NCBI GenBank assembly: GCA_964036045.1
Contig: OZ038378.1
Coordinates: forward strand, 178,746,001-178,810,000
Length of the DNA stretch: 64,000 bases
Direction: 5' to 3'
Source of the DNA: Eutreptiella sp. 'Long Island Sound 2002'
Lineage: Eukaryota > Protista > Euglenida
The position numbers and the translations under genes are program-made. Positions 1 to 12,962 of this stretch are shown here, in pieces. The first letter of the stretch is position 1. Each line of letters starts with the position of its first letter. Under the pieces are notes generated by a model. It saw nothing but the letters and a program-made list of their open reading frames with translations. It was not told where the DNA came from and did not search any database.

Positions 1-1956
1 TTCTCCCCATCCAAGGTGCTCACCACCGGTTCTTTGACTTGTCGGGCTAGTGCAATGCGTGGCTCGGCCCATTCCTCATCTGTCCATAGCGGTGCTCATT
101 GGACATACTCCCAGTTTGGCATAGGGTTTGCAGCAATCCAGCGTTACTTTCCCAGCGACAGTTTTGATGCCCTTGGCGACCACCCAAACAGTAGTGTGTC
201 CGGGGGGGTCGAACCACGAAAGCCACAGAGTCGCACAGGCTTGGATGTACGAGCGTGTTCTCCGGGTGCAAGTGCAGCATCTCCCATAAACAATCTCTGT
301 TTAATAATCTCGCCTTGGCGTGCAACCCAGCGATCTTGGCATCCTCTCAGTCATGTACAGCAGCACTTCATCCATATGGTCACTGTGTAGACCCGTCAGT
401 GGCCTCAGAGTGTAGGAGTTGATCACTGCGGGGGGATAAATTGGTCCGGACAAAATTTGGGCACTGCAGCTCCCATCACAGGCGAAATACACAAAAAAAA
501 GCAGCAGAAAGGCGGCAGTACCTTCTCCCAAGTTCTTTCGAAGATGCCAATGTACTCGCGCCCGTCCGACAGCTGCAGCAGGGTCACCAGGGGTCTCCAA
601 ATCTTCCACACAGTGTCCTGCATAGGGTACACAGAGAATCACCACACATAGACATTGGGGGACAAGTGCGATGATGTCCGGAGGTCTTTTTGGCGTGTTG
701 TGTGTTGCACACCATTGTTGTTTTCTCCTTGAGTCTACCGGCCTTTCGTACCTACCGGCCACCAGTAGCATCTCCCCCTTTGGCTTGCCCTTCTGTATCT
801 CAGTCCATATGCGCGACCCAACCTGTCCCATGCTCAGTTTCGTAATAGAGTGTTGAACTGCATTGTGGTCCCATCCAATAATCAATCTGATGTCAACAGG
901 GCACTCGTGCTTGATTTCTTCGCAGTACATGTGATTGAGCCACCGGTAGCACCCGTGAATTGGAACAATACTCCCGATAGAGGTGTTGGAGGGCTGTGAG
1001 GATATGGGCTCCACCCAGGCAGTATGGCACTTCCGCTGACATAACAATGACACACAGGAGGCTGAGAAATAATGGGAAAACGAACAAGGTGGGCACTACA
1101 GTTCCCAAATGATGTCATTCTCCAAAATAGGGGAGGCGTGTAACTTCATCTCGCCAGATAAGAGTATTGGAGATCGGTCTGCACGGTGGGTTGGTCCTCA
1201 AGTTGGCCATGTGTTATAGTGCTGCATCCTCGCTCCTGGCTCTTGTCTAGCCCCGAATCATCTGAAGGTCAAATTTGATCTTCATGACTTGGATCTTGAC
1301 GAGCTCCTTCTTGACCCATGTGGTTCTGAAGGTCTCTGTCGCCTTCTAGTCTGCCGACTGCTGTCCTGGAGTTTGTCCCGCTTGCGACCTCGCTCTCGCT
1401 GCTGTGTGGACGGCCTGCGACGCATTCTGGTGCTCAACCCCTTCCGGAAGCTCCTCTTCCAAAGGCATGGCTAGGCAAAGGGGCTGACAAAGGATGAAGC
1501 AACATAGTCAAACAGAGGTCCGAAAAAAAACGATGGTCAGACGGGTCCCCGTGCTTAGATAAGGGTACATAACCTGTGCCTTCTTTGCAATGCAGGGAGA
1601 TATCAAAATGGCTACATAACTCCTGCCATGTTGAGTCTAAAAATGGAAAAATGTTGGATCGTGCATGCTATTGGCACTACATGCGTGTAGTCCTGTTGGC
1701 AAAATTATTCTTCCCAATTGGTCCCATAGGCAAAGGTTTGGAGGGAATGTTGGTGTTTGGGCTGCCCTGTAAGTACTGGTGCGATTCTTGTCTGCCTATG
1801 GAGCAAATGCAATACTCAAATGGTTGAAGATCCAAAATTGGAGGAAAACTCATGCCATGAAGGTTGGCGAGGGCAAAGATTGTTGTGATTGTTGAGGTCC
1901 TTTGTCACCCAATTCTCCGAACTTCTGTGGCTGATTCAGAATATAATGGGTTCCAA

Positions 1957-2654
1957 GGGGGAATGTTTGCCCGGCACGCGCCCGGCGCGCTACTTTTTAG
2001 TTAACTATCCCGACTTCAGCCCGAGGTTTACCCTCTGATGGAGAAGGCCCCCCAAATAGACCATCATGGACTGCACACCCTACAAAGCACGTTGCATAAT
2101 TAGACAATAGCTGTGAATTCAACAACTCCAAATGTCATTTGTATTGTACTTAACAAACGGTACTTTGCCTTTACCTTTCCCATAGATTTCGCTATGGTAA
2201 TGAGTCCCCAAGCCGCAAGCGGTTTGGACGGCGTTTATGCCTCACGTCATAAGAACGAAGCGCAAACTCAGTATTCGCTACATCACCTCTGCCTTCTGGG
2301 GGTCCGGAGAAATCAATATGGCTACATTACCCCTGCTTTCTTGGGGTCCCCATGGTGGGGAGAAATCAACCTAGTAAGGAGTGGATGTGGTGGAAACAAG
2401 CAAAAAATGGAAGAAAATCGGTGAAACTGGGTGAGAATACAAATATACCATATCCCGAATGTGAAAGAAGCATCAAAATACCCAATGTCAAACAACAATA
2501 ATGCCCATAGTATCACAAAGTATGGGGTTCTAGGACGGCTAGACGTCCAAATAGTAGTGCTTAGTGCAGCCCCTAAAAGGTCACCGGTGGGGCACGGGTC
2601 AAGAAAGATGCCCGGCGTGCGCCCGGCGCGTGCCTGGCGCGCTAACGCTCCCCC
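1957..2654. mobile_element. Non-autonomous TIR element, 'G5' family (GGGGGA...TCCCCC termini, 3-bp TSD CAA)
   Basis: Left end GGGGGAATGTT and right end AACGCTCCCCC are flanked by CAA/CAA. GCCCGGCGCG-like subterminal repeats lie at both ends. The left ~200 bp recurs at 43914-44117; the right ~250 bp recurs at 16590-16750 and 60570-60731. Confidence 0.75.
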
Positions 2655-4419
2655 CAAGAATCCAAGAGTACCATTTAAGCAAATGCGACTACAAGACCAC
2701 AACAATACTTTTCACATGGACGGCAATCCAATTGGTTTCATGGTTGTGCCGTTCCCTCACCTCACAGGCATGCACTCAAAATCGGTAGACAAAGGCATTC
2801 GGGGTCAGCGAGGGTCGCAAAAACTCAGTGAGTTTTAAAGACAAGATGGGCACACGCATGTATTAAGCTATTGTTTACTGCGTAAACAAAGGGTCGAATT
2901 CTCGGCAAAAAACGAAAGAGAAGAGCTAGAATGATGCTCAATCATGCTCCTCATCCAAGTGTTGGAGGGCCGCCCCAACTTCAGGGTGGCTGCAACAGTC
3001 TTCTGCCATGTGGATGGACTCCTTGCGGCCAGGGTGCAATACCAATTGGGTGTATGTGGCCTTTGATGTGGTGACATTGGGTTGCTTGTAGCTCTTGGTG
3101 GGGTCTGATGCCAAACAAAGCAGTTGGTGGCAACAACTAACAGCCATCCCCCCACGACCCTAACACATGGGTCTGTAGCATGGTGCAACACAAAACATGT
3201 GCACGGCATATATACGGCAGCTCTTGTGCCCTGTAAGCTCAGCTAGAGATAGCGGCCAACCTTTGTAGATCAGACAGAGGTAGATGGGTTAGGTGGTTTG
3301 CTGTCCAAGCTAGACTCCCGTTGTGCACTTGGCATATGTCAGAGCAGGTCTACACGGTTACCATTCATCGGCCGAGCGCTGCAGCACTCGCTTATCTGTC
3401 ACGCTGCTGTTTGCACAAGACCTACGTGCCGCGCGCTGCATGCTGCTGCGCAGCCACAGCAGGGGCTGATAAACACTCAGAAAACACACGCGCAAATGCA
3501 CGTACTGTCAGCAGACACCCTGTGTGGGGTTGGGAATACCATGCAGCCTGGAAAATAACCCACAGCCAATTTGCATGGCTGGCACTCAATGGGGTTCTTC
3601 GCAGAGAGCAGGGGAGGGCCAACTCCCTCCCCAATTGAACTGCAGCAGCCGGGACGGGAAATTCGACGTTCTTCGTGCCATCGCTGCCCGTTGTCCCAGT
3701 TGTGTGACCTAATGCGCCTCTCGTATCAGCAAAACCCAAAAAACATCGCAGGGAAACCAGTCATTGAGCGGCACGCAACGGCTGGTGGTTATCTGACCAT
3801 GAACGATGGCTAGTTTGGTGGCGGCTGTCAGTAGCCCAGGCATCAGATTCTGGCAGGTGGTTTCCCTGCAGTGAAGACCACCCATTGGCTAGTGCACTGT
3901 AACAAGACACCTGCGTTCACGTGGCTTGTACCTGGCACACCGATGGGGGCTGATGGCCAGCACGGGTATGTGAGAAGCCAGTGTACAGATGTCTTGGAGA
4001 ATCTTTGTTGGGGGGTGGGTCAGTATGTCACAGGAGGTTAGTTGGCCAGCGGTGGTGAGCCTCATGGGTCAAATATTGATCCCACTCTACACTTGGGTTA
4101 TGTCGAAACACAACAATTTGTCGTTGTAATGGTGTTCCCTAATTTGATGCAGACGGTGCCTTCATCAAAGCGGATCATAGTTATCCTCTACCACCCACAA
4201 GCCTAACGATCTTCGCGCGAAATTGACAGCCCACACAGAAATACCTTTGATCTACTTGCGCTCCTTCTCTTTAGAAAACTTTGCCAAACCTTTTGGACAA
4301 GCATAAAGATCAATTACCTTGAGTGACTAGCCGCTTCTGCGTTGAGGACATAACCCATATATGCACGACCATCTGTTCTTTTCCATGTCATCCACAGCCC
4401 TTACCAACAAACATCCACA

Positions 4420-4643
4420 GGGGGAGTATCCGCACCGCGCGCGCACGGCGTCCGCACCGCGTCAGGTATTTGAACAACTTCCCTCGGAGATGGTCTACTG
4501 GGAGAGGAGTTGTAAATGGTACCTGGTGGGCTCTTGAGGCGTTACCATTCCCCCTGATTGGCTCTGGATGAAAGGGTCTACGGAACAACCCCAGTACCCG
4601 CACCGCGCATGCACCGCGCGCGCACCGCGTCTGATACTCCCCC
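4420..4643. mobile_element. 224-bp MITE, G5 family, perfect 11-bp TIR, 3-bp TSD ACA
   Basis: GGGGGAGTATC (4420-4430) and GATACTCCCCC (4633-4643) are flanked by ACA on both sides. CGCACCGCG subterminal repeats occur at both ends. Confidence 0.85.
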
Positions 4644-5879
4644 ACAAAACATAAAGATCGTGTCAAACAGGAATGGACTTCCAAATAATGATGCCCCTTT
4701 CTTTTTTTTGTCAAAATGAACGATTAATTCACAATCCCCAAAAATTGAAGCACAACACATGCTTGTTTTAGCAATTATTGGGGAACGACTGCATGGTGCC
4801 CTCAGTGAGGAGGCCAGCAGCAAATACTTCAAATGTGTTATCCTGGAATCCAAGGTTGCGAAATGTTCACTCAAAACCGAAATGAATATAATACACCAGG
4901 CAGTTCCTTAGGAGCCAGCAGCCAACGATATGCGATCCTTCCATCATCATGTGCACCCTGCAGGCCGCCCGCCCCCTGTCCTGCCTCGAAGATATGGTAT
5001 ACGGGCAGTTTTAGGGCGGCGGGGGGGTGGGGCTGTGTGGAGGATGCTGGTGGCAGCAGGAATTTCAGGTAGGAACAAGATTAGAGGTCGGGTTGTAAGC
5101 AGGGTAGGAGTTAGGTTGGGTGGGGAGTAAGTAGGAGGCAGTGCAAGGCCATAGGGAGGAGTTACTATTGCGTTGATGCTTGAAGCAGATTCCAACGCAC
5201 CAGATCTGCCCGCAGCCAAGCTGGGGGGGATAGACAGCACAAAACTGCAGCGTGCAGTACACCTTGTTGCTTCAGCATCGCATGCAAACCCACCCAACAC
5301 TCACAAGCCCCGGGCTCCATGTGGGGAGGCCCCTCACACCGCTCACAAAGGTCGGAGTTATTGCTTGCTCACCACGAGCTAGTATGGGGGCGTTGCTACT
5401 GAGGCTGCCAAGCTGAATGGTGCCCCTATGGCAGGGTGGTGGTCAAATACTTGAAACGCTTCTGTTCCGGTTTTGCACCCGATACTTGGGTATGACCAGC
5501 AAATGTGACAGGGGGCAGACATCGTTTTGGGCTGGGGATGAGTAAACGGAGCCTGCAGTGTTCTGGGCTGCAGAGCACGTAGTGGTCCACATCCACGCCG
5601 CACAGGAGGGAGGGGATATGGGCTGTGGTGTGTGTGCCCAAACCATTTTTGACAACACCTAAACCGCGTTCCCCATAGGAATGACGGAAGACCTGTCTGG
5701 GTGTCTCGGGCTCCCCTGTCACCTTGTCGACTAGCACAAATCGATTGAAGGCTAAACTTGCAAGGCTGACGTACAAGGGAACCAGTCTCAGTGTCTGCAA
5801 CTAGGGAGTAAGCGAACGAGCAGTGTAAACCCCCGAGGACCAGTGATGCCATTCCAGAACAAGGCTGGCTGGCGTACTA

Positions 5880-6704
5880 CAGGGGGGGGAAGAATTTAGT
5901 ACGGGAAATTTTTTGCCCGGAAAAATTGCGCCAGGGAACAATTCCGCCACAATCGTTAAAAGCAATGGGAAAAATTGCGCCAGCCTTTTCCATGGTGAAG
6001 GGCAAGGCCTAAGGTCGGCTCTCCTTACTGAGGGGGACGCCACTTGAGGAAAAGCTGTGATGAGGGTCTAGTTTGCTCAGGTCCACGTAGTTCCCCGCAC
6101 TGCAAGTGGCATCCAAATTACTGATTGCGCCCAGCCGCTGACCCTGGTCGTAACTCCCCAATTAGGAGTCCACGGGCCTTGCTCTTTATCTTTTTGCCAT
6201 TCCTTTTGGGTATTTTTTGCTGTGGCCCCCCAATATTTTTCTTGAAACATTGTCGGGCAGTTCACAGAAAACAGAATGTGGACGTCTTCATCCAGGTACT
6301 GGGCTGCAGCTGCCTTTGCCGAACAGCGACCTACAGAGAACACAGTATCAGTTGACACTGTGCTCACTATTAACTGGCAACTACATGTGGTAGGCAGCCT
6401 GAAGTGCCCTGAAGGATAGAACCCTGTGTTGATCGCAGCAGTATTCACAGCAGCCAAGCAGACAACACAGAATCGAACCAGACCATCCATCCACATGACG
6501 TATTTAATTCTGCACCCCCCTCCCCCGATCATACCCCCCCCCCCCCAGCACAGGGTACAAATTTTGAACTTGATGTCCAAAAAAAGGTATGGGAAAAATT
6601 GCGCCACAATTGTTAAAAGTGATGGGAAAAATTGCGCCAGAATTGGGCGTACTAAATTTTTCCAGACAGGTTTCTTCCCGTACTAAATCCCCCCCCCCCC
6701 CCTG
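5880..6704. mobile_element. TA-flanked MITE with CAGGGG...CCCCTG termini (Tc1/mariner-type TSD)
   Basis: TA|CAGGGGGGG..ATTTAGTACGGGAA matches TTCCCGTACTAAAT..CCCCCTG|TA. AAAATTGCGCC subterminal repeats occur near both ends. Confidence 0.8.
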
Positions 6705-7499
6705 TACTGAATGCTCCTCACTAGCTACTGCAAACCTTGCGCAACCGAGGCGTAGTAAAGCCCGATAGATGCCCATGCCCATGCACAAATGCATGCACAA
6801 CCATGTTAATTCATGGTCCTGAACTGGGGACACTGGGACAGCACGCAAAGCAGTAAGTCACAGAGGCAATGGTGCACAGTGCGGGACAGGTCAGGGCCGA
6901 GCCACCAACCACCAGACTTGGTAGGTATTCAGACTGCTGAGGCTTGCCAGAGGTCATCATACTCACCGCACCTTACTAAAAGGGCCTGGCCGCCTCCACA
7001 GCTTCGGCCCTTGGACCCCGTGGCGAAGCAGGGGCAGTTGGGGGGGGGGGGTCTCAAGCACAACAGAAGCAGAGGGGCTACCGGTCACGATCGCACAGTC
7101 CACAACACCGCCCCCATTCATACTGCACTGCACCATGCACACCACTCCCCCCCCCCCAAGGGCGACATGTCTCATTGGTTCACGGGTGAGTCAGACCTGA
7201 ATACTCTCCCAATTACACTTGTTGACTCGAGTCAACCGCCTCGCCCTTCCCTTTGACTTCTTCCGCGGGGCTCCTCTGTCTGTTGTGCCTCTGGGCTCGG
7301 AATGGGGCGCCGGTTCTCTGAAGACCTGCATCTCTAGGCCCACAGCTGCCGGGTCCCGGTAGCTGAAGCTGCACAAGACGCCCGGAGTCGGCCCGGGCCG
7401 GCGGCGCCCACCGGCGCACCTCGAACGACCGGGCTCGTGCGGCGCTCAGAGACCCGCCAGCGGTGGGGGCGGGGGTAAGGGGGGGCTCTGAGGCAGGCC

Positions 7500-7715
7500 A
7501 CAGCTTACCGTCACCTGGGGGGGGGGGGGGTGCGGAATGGCAGCCTGGGCTCCTCCGCCTGACCCACCCAACCACCCACATCAAAAAGTTTTCCCCAGGG
7601 AAAAAATGAAATTTATCAAAGGGGCCCAAAATTGGAGGTCGATTTTAGGTACACAATTTGTTTTGCGCCTCTGACCCCACACCCAGTACAGGTCACGGTC
7701 ACCACTAAGCCGTGG
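7500..7715. repeat. Dispersed ~200-bp repeat (copy 1; copy 2 at 12245-12470)
   Basis: Both copies share the blocks GGAATGGCAGCCTGGGCTCCTC, ATTTATCAAAGGGGCCC, TTGGAGGTCGATTTTAGGTAC, CTCTGACCCC and GGTCACGGTC(A/G)CCACTAAGCCGTG. Confidence 0.8.
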
Positions 7716-7741
7716 CCTGCACCAGGGGGAGAGGGCGCGGA

Positions 7742-8122
7742 TCACCACACGAAATTTGCGATGACATGAAATATAATTTTGTGGAGCGCCTTGTTGTGGC
7801 TGCCGGACTTCAGAATGATGTGCTCGTGCGACTTGACGTTGGGGATGTTGACGTCCACGCGGGTCCAGGGCAGCGAGTCCAGCGCCTCGAACATGATGCG
7901 GATGTACTCGCCTTGGAAATTGGCCTCGCGGGGCACACTGGAGCTGTACTGTTTGCCCGTGGGCCTGGAGCTGTCCCTCTCCGTGTCCTTCGAGGCGTTG
8001 GCCGGGAGCACCAGCTTCGGGACCTTCTGTGCTGCTTCAAGGTACACTTCGCCGGGGAGCGGCTCCTCCAGGGCATCAAAAACCACGGAGACGACGCCGT
8101 GCCGGTCGTTGTCGGAATATTC
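7742..8122 (-). CDS. FYVE-like + DUF676 alpha/beta-hydrolase gene, exon 6 (last)
   Basis: Acceptor ctcttcag|GAA, phase 0. Encodes EYSDNDRHG...WTRVDVNIPNVKSHEHIILK...NFVW*, including the candidate catalytic His. Confidence 0.8.
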   Translation of the reverse strand, partial: EYSDNDRHGVVSVVFDALEEPLPGEVYLEAAQKVPKLVLPANASKDTERDSSRPTGKQYSSSVPREANFQGEYIRIMFEALDSLPWTRVDVNIPNVKSHEHIILKSGSHNKALHKIIFHVIANFVW

Positions 8123-9994
8123 CTGAAGAGCAGGTTGCGCACTTGGCCCAGAGGTCTGCTTGAGTGGAAGAGGGGGGGGGGGGGGGCTGATGGACCTGTA
8201 GTGGCCGAGGTCCATGTAGCCCAGGCCATCCCCCCCCCCCCCAAAAGCCCCAGAATTGCTGTTGTTTCGGCTGTTCACTGGCACCTGCAACTTTTCGAAA
8301 ATTTGATTTGTTTCCGAAACCCTTTGTTCGCCTCTGGAATGGGTTTGGGTGATCATTTGGTGACAATACGGATACTCGAGCACCCATGATGCAGGAGCCA
8401 TCCAACCAGCACCCAACACCCTCAATTGTCCAAGATACAGCAAAGTCCTAAATGACTGCAATACACGCACCCTGTGCCTCTCAGACAGGGCGTATCTTGT
8501 GCGCGGCAGTTCCGCTGTATTAGCAAGGCACCCCGCAGTAAATTGGGATTAAGTGTAATTCGGTTTCAATTTAGAGATCGGGGCCAGGATGCTTGGTTTT
8601 ATGCATCGTATGCAATTTTTGGTTGTGTGGTGAGTAACGGTGATGCTGTTGTGATTTGGCTGACCATCGTCTACCCGTGTGGCTACCATTCATTTTGTTG
8701 TGGGGTCAATGGCGATGGAGCGTCATTAGGAGCACAGTTGCATCGGGTTTCATTGCGCGGTCCGTATCTTGGACAAGCCGTATCTTAGACTTGGGGGAGG
8801 GGGGGGGCTCCCCTTCCTTGACCGCCCAGAATGTGCCCCAGCAGCACATCGCCTCCATGCAGCCAGATGCAGCAGAGCACAAAGGTATCCAGGGAAACTC
8901 ATTGAGGGTTTTGACTGTGGCGTCGCACTTTGCACCCTCACATCCCTCCCACCAACAGGGCGAATAGCCCCACAGGCCTTTCTGCTGCCATCGTGCGCTG
9001 CAGCAAGGCATGCTGTGCTTGCACCTGCCAGCCTGGGAACTAATACCGGAGGGGGGGGGGGGTCTAGGAACTCCAAATCTACAAATTTTGGTGCAACAAA
9101 AACCGTGCCATTTCTTAAACGTGAGCAAACAAAATATGCAGCGTTGGCAAAAGTTGCGCATGAGAAACAGTGGACGGTTCCTGTTGTTTCCTGGAGGACT
9201 TTCCTGGCACTCTTGTCTGCACCCCATTAAATGCCACAGGAACACTACAGATGAGGAAAGACCACTTCAGCACTTCTGCAATTTCCATGGGAAACTAATG
9301 AAACTTAGCCAAATCCTTTGGCATGGTACGGGTGAGCAAAGGCACAGCCGAACGGATACCCGTCCAAATCCTTAAAAACATCGACCAAATTGCGCACAGA
9401 ATTTGTGACACAGAAATTCTACCCTGCATAATCCCACCCTATCCCTACCTAGGTATGGCGCTCAGTAGCTGGATTGGAGCTAACAGCCATATCTCTGGGT
9501 GACATTCGTCTGGTGCCAAAGCCGGGCAAACTGGCGCTCACTGGAACTTCTTGCACATTTGCTTCTGGTATGCAAAATGTCTGTCCCGCAGTGTGGGAAT
9601 GACAGCCCACCACACAACAGTGCCCCCCGTTAGACCGACCCAGAGGACACCCCCTGCCTAAGACCGAGGTTCTGGCGGATTGTGGAGAGTTGTCGAAACA
9701 GTGGGAGAGGGGGTCGCAAGCTGCCTTTTGCAGTGTGAAGTCAGACAGTCAGGCACATTGAAGAGACATGCTGTGCCGCTGCACCGCTGCAATTGCAAAA
9801 GAAAAGAAACTCTTTTGCTGACCTTTTTGTGCTGCAAATGTGACGACGGCGCCGCTGGCCACCCCACAGCACAGCCCAATGCACAATGGACTACTGCAAC
9901 ACCCATCATCCCGTGTGCGCGTGTGCCGACTGCTGATGACATGCTGCAGCCACACAAGGGCTACTGCAGAGCAAACCTCTACACTGAAGTCCCG

Positions 9995-9996
<2 letters not shown>

Positions 9997-10042
<46 letters not shown>
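9997..10042. repeat. (CT)n microsatellite
   Basis: About 23 CT units. Confidence 0.95.
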
Positions 10043-10050
<8 letters not shown>

Positions 10051-10170
10051 TTGTCTCTATCTCTCTCTGTCTGTCTGTCTGCTGTCTGTGTGTGTGCCAA
10101 TTGCCAATTGTCCACCACAGGGGTGTTTTCATCGCCTTCAGTTCTCGCCAATGGCAGTTCTTTGATTTGC

Positions 10171-10276
<106 letters not shown>

Positions 10277-10578
10277 CTGCCCAACGATTTGATTCAAACG
10301 CATAGTGTTCGCTATCATACAGCACATCTACAACTCTGTCCGCACTGCAGCAATGTTCAATCCGGGCTCCCATTGCCCCCTTTCCGCCCTCTCCGCACCA
10401 TAGCAACACTATGTACACTGAGTGCATCCCTAACGTACCCTGCAGCCCACGTGCTCATGCGCATGTATCGGCCCCTGTGCAGGGGTCCCCATGGCCGAGC
10501 TTGCAACTGCACACGGAGGTGGATTGACCTACGTGATGCCAGTGTGTGTGTGGGTGTGAGTGGGTGTTTGTTTGTGTG

Positions 10579-10623
<45 letters not shown>

Positions 10624-10837
10624 CACCCAGTCATTTCAACCAAAGCAATAGCGTTTGCTATGATGCACCACCTCTCCACAGCTCTGTCCGCACTGCAGCG
10701 ATGTTTGGTATCTCCGCCCGGTGCGGCCTTTCCTCCGTCTCAGCACGAAGACGGCAAGTGTGTGTGTGTGTGTGTGCGAGCGCGCGCGTGCGTGCGCCCT
10801 TTGCACTACTATGCGTGCGCTGTAAGCCACTTTGTAC

Positions 10838-11249
10838 CCGCATGACGATCGTCGGAATCACGTCCTCGGACTTCGCCTCCCCCGCCGCGTCTGTGTCCCG
10901 TGTCTCCGTCTCGGAGTCCAGTTCCGAATCGGATTTCACGGGGACCGCACTCCCGTCGTCCAAGAAGCAGGAGCAGACGCCGTGCGGGTGCACCGCCGCG
11001 ATGGTCCGGTCGCCAGTCGCACAGGCCGCCGTCCGCAGGCCCTTGCCGACTTGGATGATGGACGTGCCGTAGGGCACGATCACGTCCATCGTCGTGTTGG
11101 CGTATGCCATCAAGTTTCGGAAGGCCCCGAGCTCGTGGATGGCCCCGTGGGTAATGTTTGGGAGGATCCGCCGCTTGTCCTCCAGCAGCAGCTCCCGCCC
11201 GGTCCGCGAGAAGAACCATTTGGTCACGAGTTGCACTGACATCAGGGAC
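10838..11249 (-). CDS. FYVE-like + DUF676 hydrolase gene, exon 5
   Basis: Acceptor tttcacag|G and donor CGG|gtacaa. Encodes SRTGRELLLED...FRNLMAYANTTMDVIVPYGTS, typical of DUF676 lipase-like proteins, with candidate catalytic Asp in DxxVP. Confidence 0.85.
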
Positions 11250-11635
11250 CTGTGAAAGTGACAGGGCACAGCGTTTTCTTTCCCTCAGCCGCCCCCAGCG
11301 GACTTTTGTCTGCTCGTCGATTCACAGGGCTCTAAACAGTTCCCCCGTCACATTCGGTGTCTCCAGTCGATCCTGTCGCTGGTGCCGCTCTTACTTTCCT
11401 CCGTCGTCGTTGCCTTGATTGATGGCACCCCAATGTCCTGCCGAAACTTCCTGCGAAGGTTCGGCTGCCATTCTGTTTGGCTTTTGGATGGGCATTCAAG
11501 TCCTCCCCCCCCCCCCTCTCTGCCAATCCCGTTCCCGTCCCCGTCCCTCTCCTCGTCCATTACCGTCAATCCTCCCTCCTCAAACTCACCCTCTCCCTCT
11601 TTGGCTCGTCGTGGATGACTTTTGCTGTCGTGCTA

Positions 11636-12016
11636 CAAGGGAGGGGGGGGATTTCGGGTGGGTACAATTTGGGCAGGGAAGATTTCGTGAGGGGAAATTT
11701 TTGGCACACCTCAAATTTTGGTGCGGGGCCATCAGACACGGGAAACGTCAACACCCCCAACCCTCGGTTCCCTTTGGACAATCAGTTGTGTGAAACTTCG
11801 GTAGACCCAAATTTTGAATGATACCAACTCATCAGAGATAAAAAAAAGGAGCAAGGCCCAGGTCGGCTCTCCATCTCCCCCCCACCCCCGCTGCAAAGGC
11901 CAAGGAGCAGGAAGTAGCCCGACTTGCACAAAAAAATTGTGGGGGAAATTTCGGCACCAAACTGAAAACCAAATTTTCCCACGAAATTGTCCCCTTATGA
12001 AATCTCCCACCGCCTG
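11636..12016. mobile_element. TA-flanked CA(A)GGG...CCTG MITE in intron 4
   Basis: TA|CAAGGGAGGGGGG...TTCCCACGAAATTGTCCCC...CGCCTG|TA; both ends resemble those of 14153-15171. Confidence 0.7.
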
Positions 12017-12244
12017 TACTTGTTTTTGAGCACCCAAATCATACCCACGCCTGGCAGGCACAATCGAAGGACCAAGCAGGATGACACTGACAATGGCGCG
12101 CAACTCGAACCATCAAGTGCAGGGTGTGGAAGACGCCACGGTCCCGCAGAAGAAAGAGAAGGCCCATTAAGCACTTTAAGCGCCGAAGCACTGGGACAAA
12201 GCAACGTTCCAGGCGATCCCCCAGGAGAGTACCCAGAGCAAGCC

Positions 12245-12470
12245 ATGGCTTACCGTTCCCGAGTTCGGGGAGGGGGACGGAATGGCAGCCTGGGCTCCTC
12301 GGCCTGACCCACCTCCCCACCCACATCAGAAATTTTTTCCTGCGGGAAAAATGAAATCGAAATGATTTATCAAAGGGGCCCGAACTTGGAGGTCGATTTT
12401 AGGTACCGAAAGCTTTTGTTCTTTGGCCTCTGACCCCCCGGTGAAGGTCACGGTCGCCACTAAGCCGTGC
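12245..12470. repeat. Dispersed ~200-bp repeat (copy 2; copy 1 at 7500-7715)
   Basis: Same shared blocks as copy 1. Confidence 0.8.
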
Positions 12471-12512
12471 CTGGCCAGAGGAATCAGAAGCAAGCGGTAA
12501 GCCGAGCAGTAC

Positions 12513-12697
12513 CTGGTTCGCCGCGACCCCAAGTGCGGAGTGGCCAAGGAGACGAAGTTCATGGGCGCCAGCTGCAGGAAGGCCTTGCACGTGTGGCGTA
12601 GCATGAGCATGTACTTGGGGTAGATGCCCCCGAGGGAATGCCCGATGATCGAGAAGCGGTCAAACACGCCCGGGTTTTTCTCAAGGAAGGCCTCGAC
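12513..12697 (-). CDS. FYVE-like + DUF676 hydrolase gene, exon 4 (catalytic Ser)
   Basis: Acceptor gatgcag|GTC and donor AG|gtactg. Encodes FSIIGHSLGG (GxSxG nucleophile elbow) and FVSLATPHLGSR. Confidence 0.9.
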
Positions 12698-12962
12698 CTG
12701 CATCACAAGCGCGTCGGCAGTGCAGCAGCGGGGGATGAACTGGGCTGGTCTGTGCGATTGAGGGACGGGGGGCGGCGAAGAAAGACACGCAAGATGCTGC
12801 TGACGGGGATGGCCTGAGCCACTGTCCAAAAAGTGCTGAAGGAAGGCCATCGTCAAAGGCCCATGGCAACTGCCAAGAGGAAGTCACATTGGTGCCCGAA
12901 GAGAGAGAGACAAGACACAGCACTTGAATAAAATGAAGCAGAAACGCGAGGGATGAGGCATA

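Noticed and set aside
1-1470. Coding-like minus-strand fragments (RS-rich, Cys-rich, a TDGS motif)
   Set aside because: Many stops and frameshifts with no coherent motif set; cannot be assigned to a family without searches.
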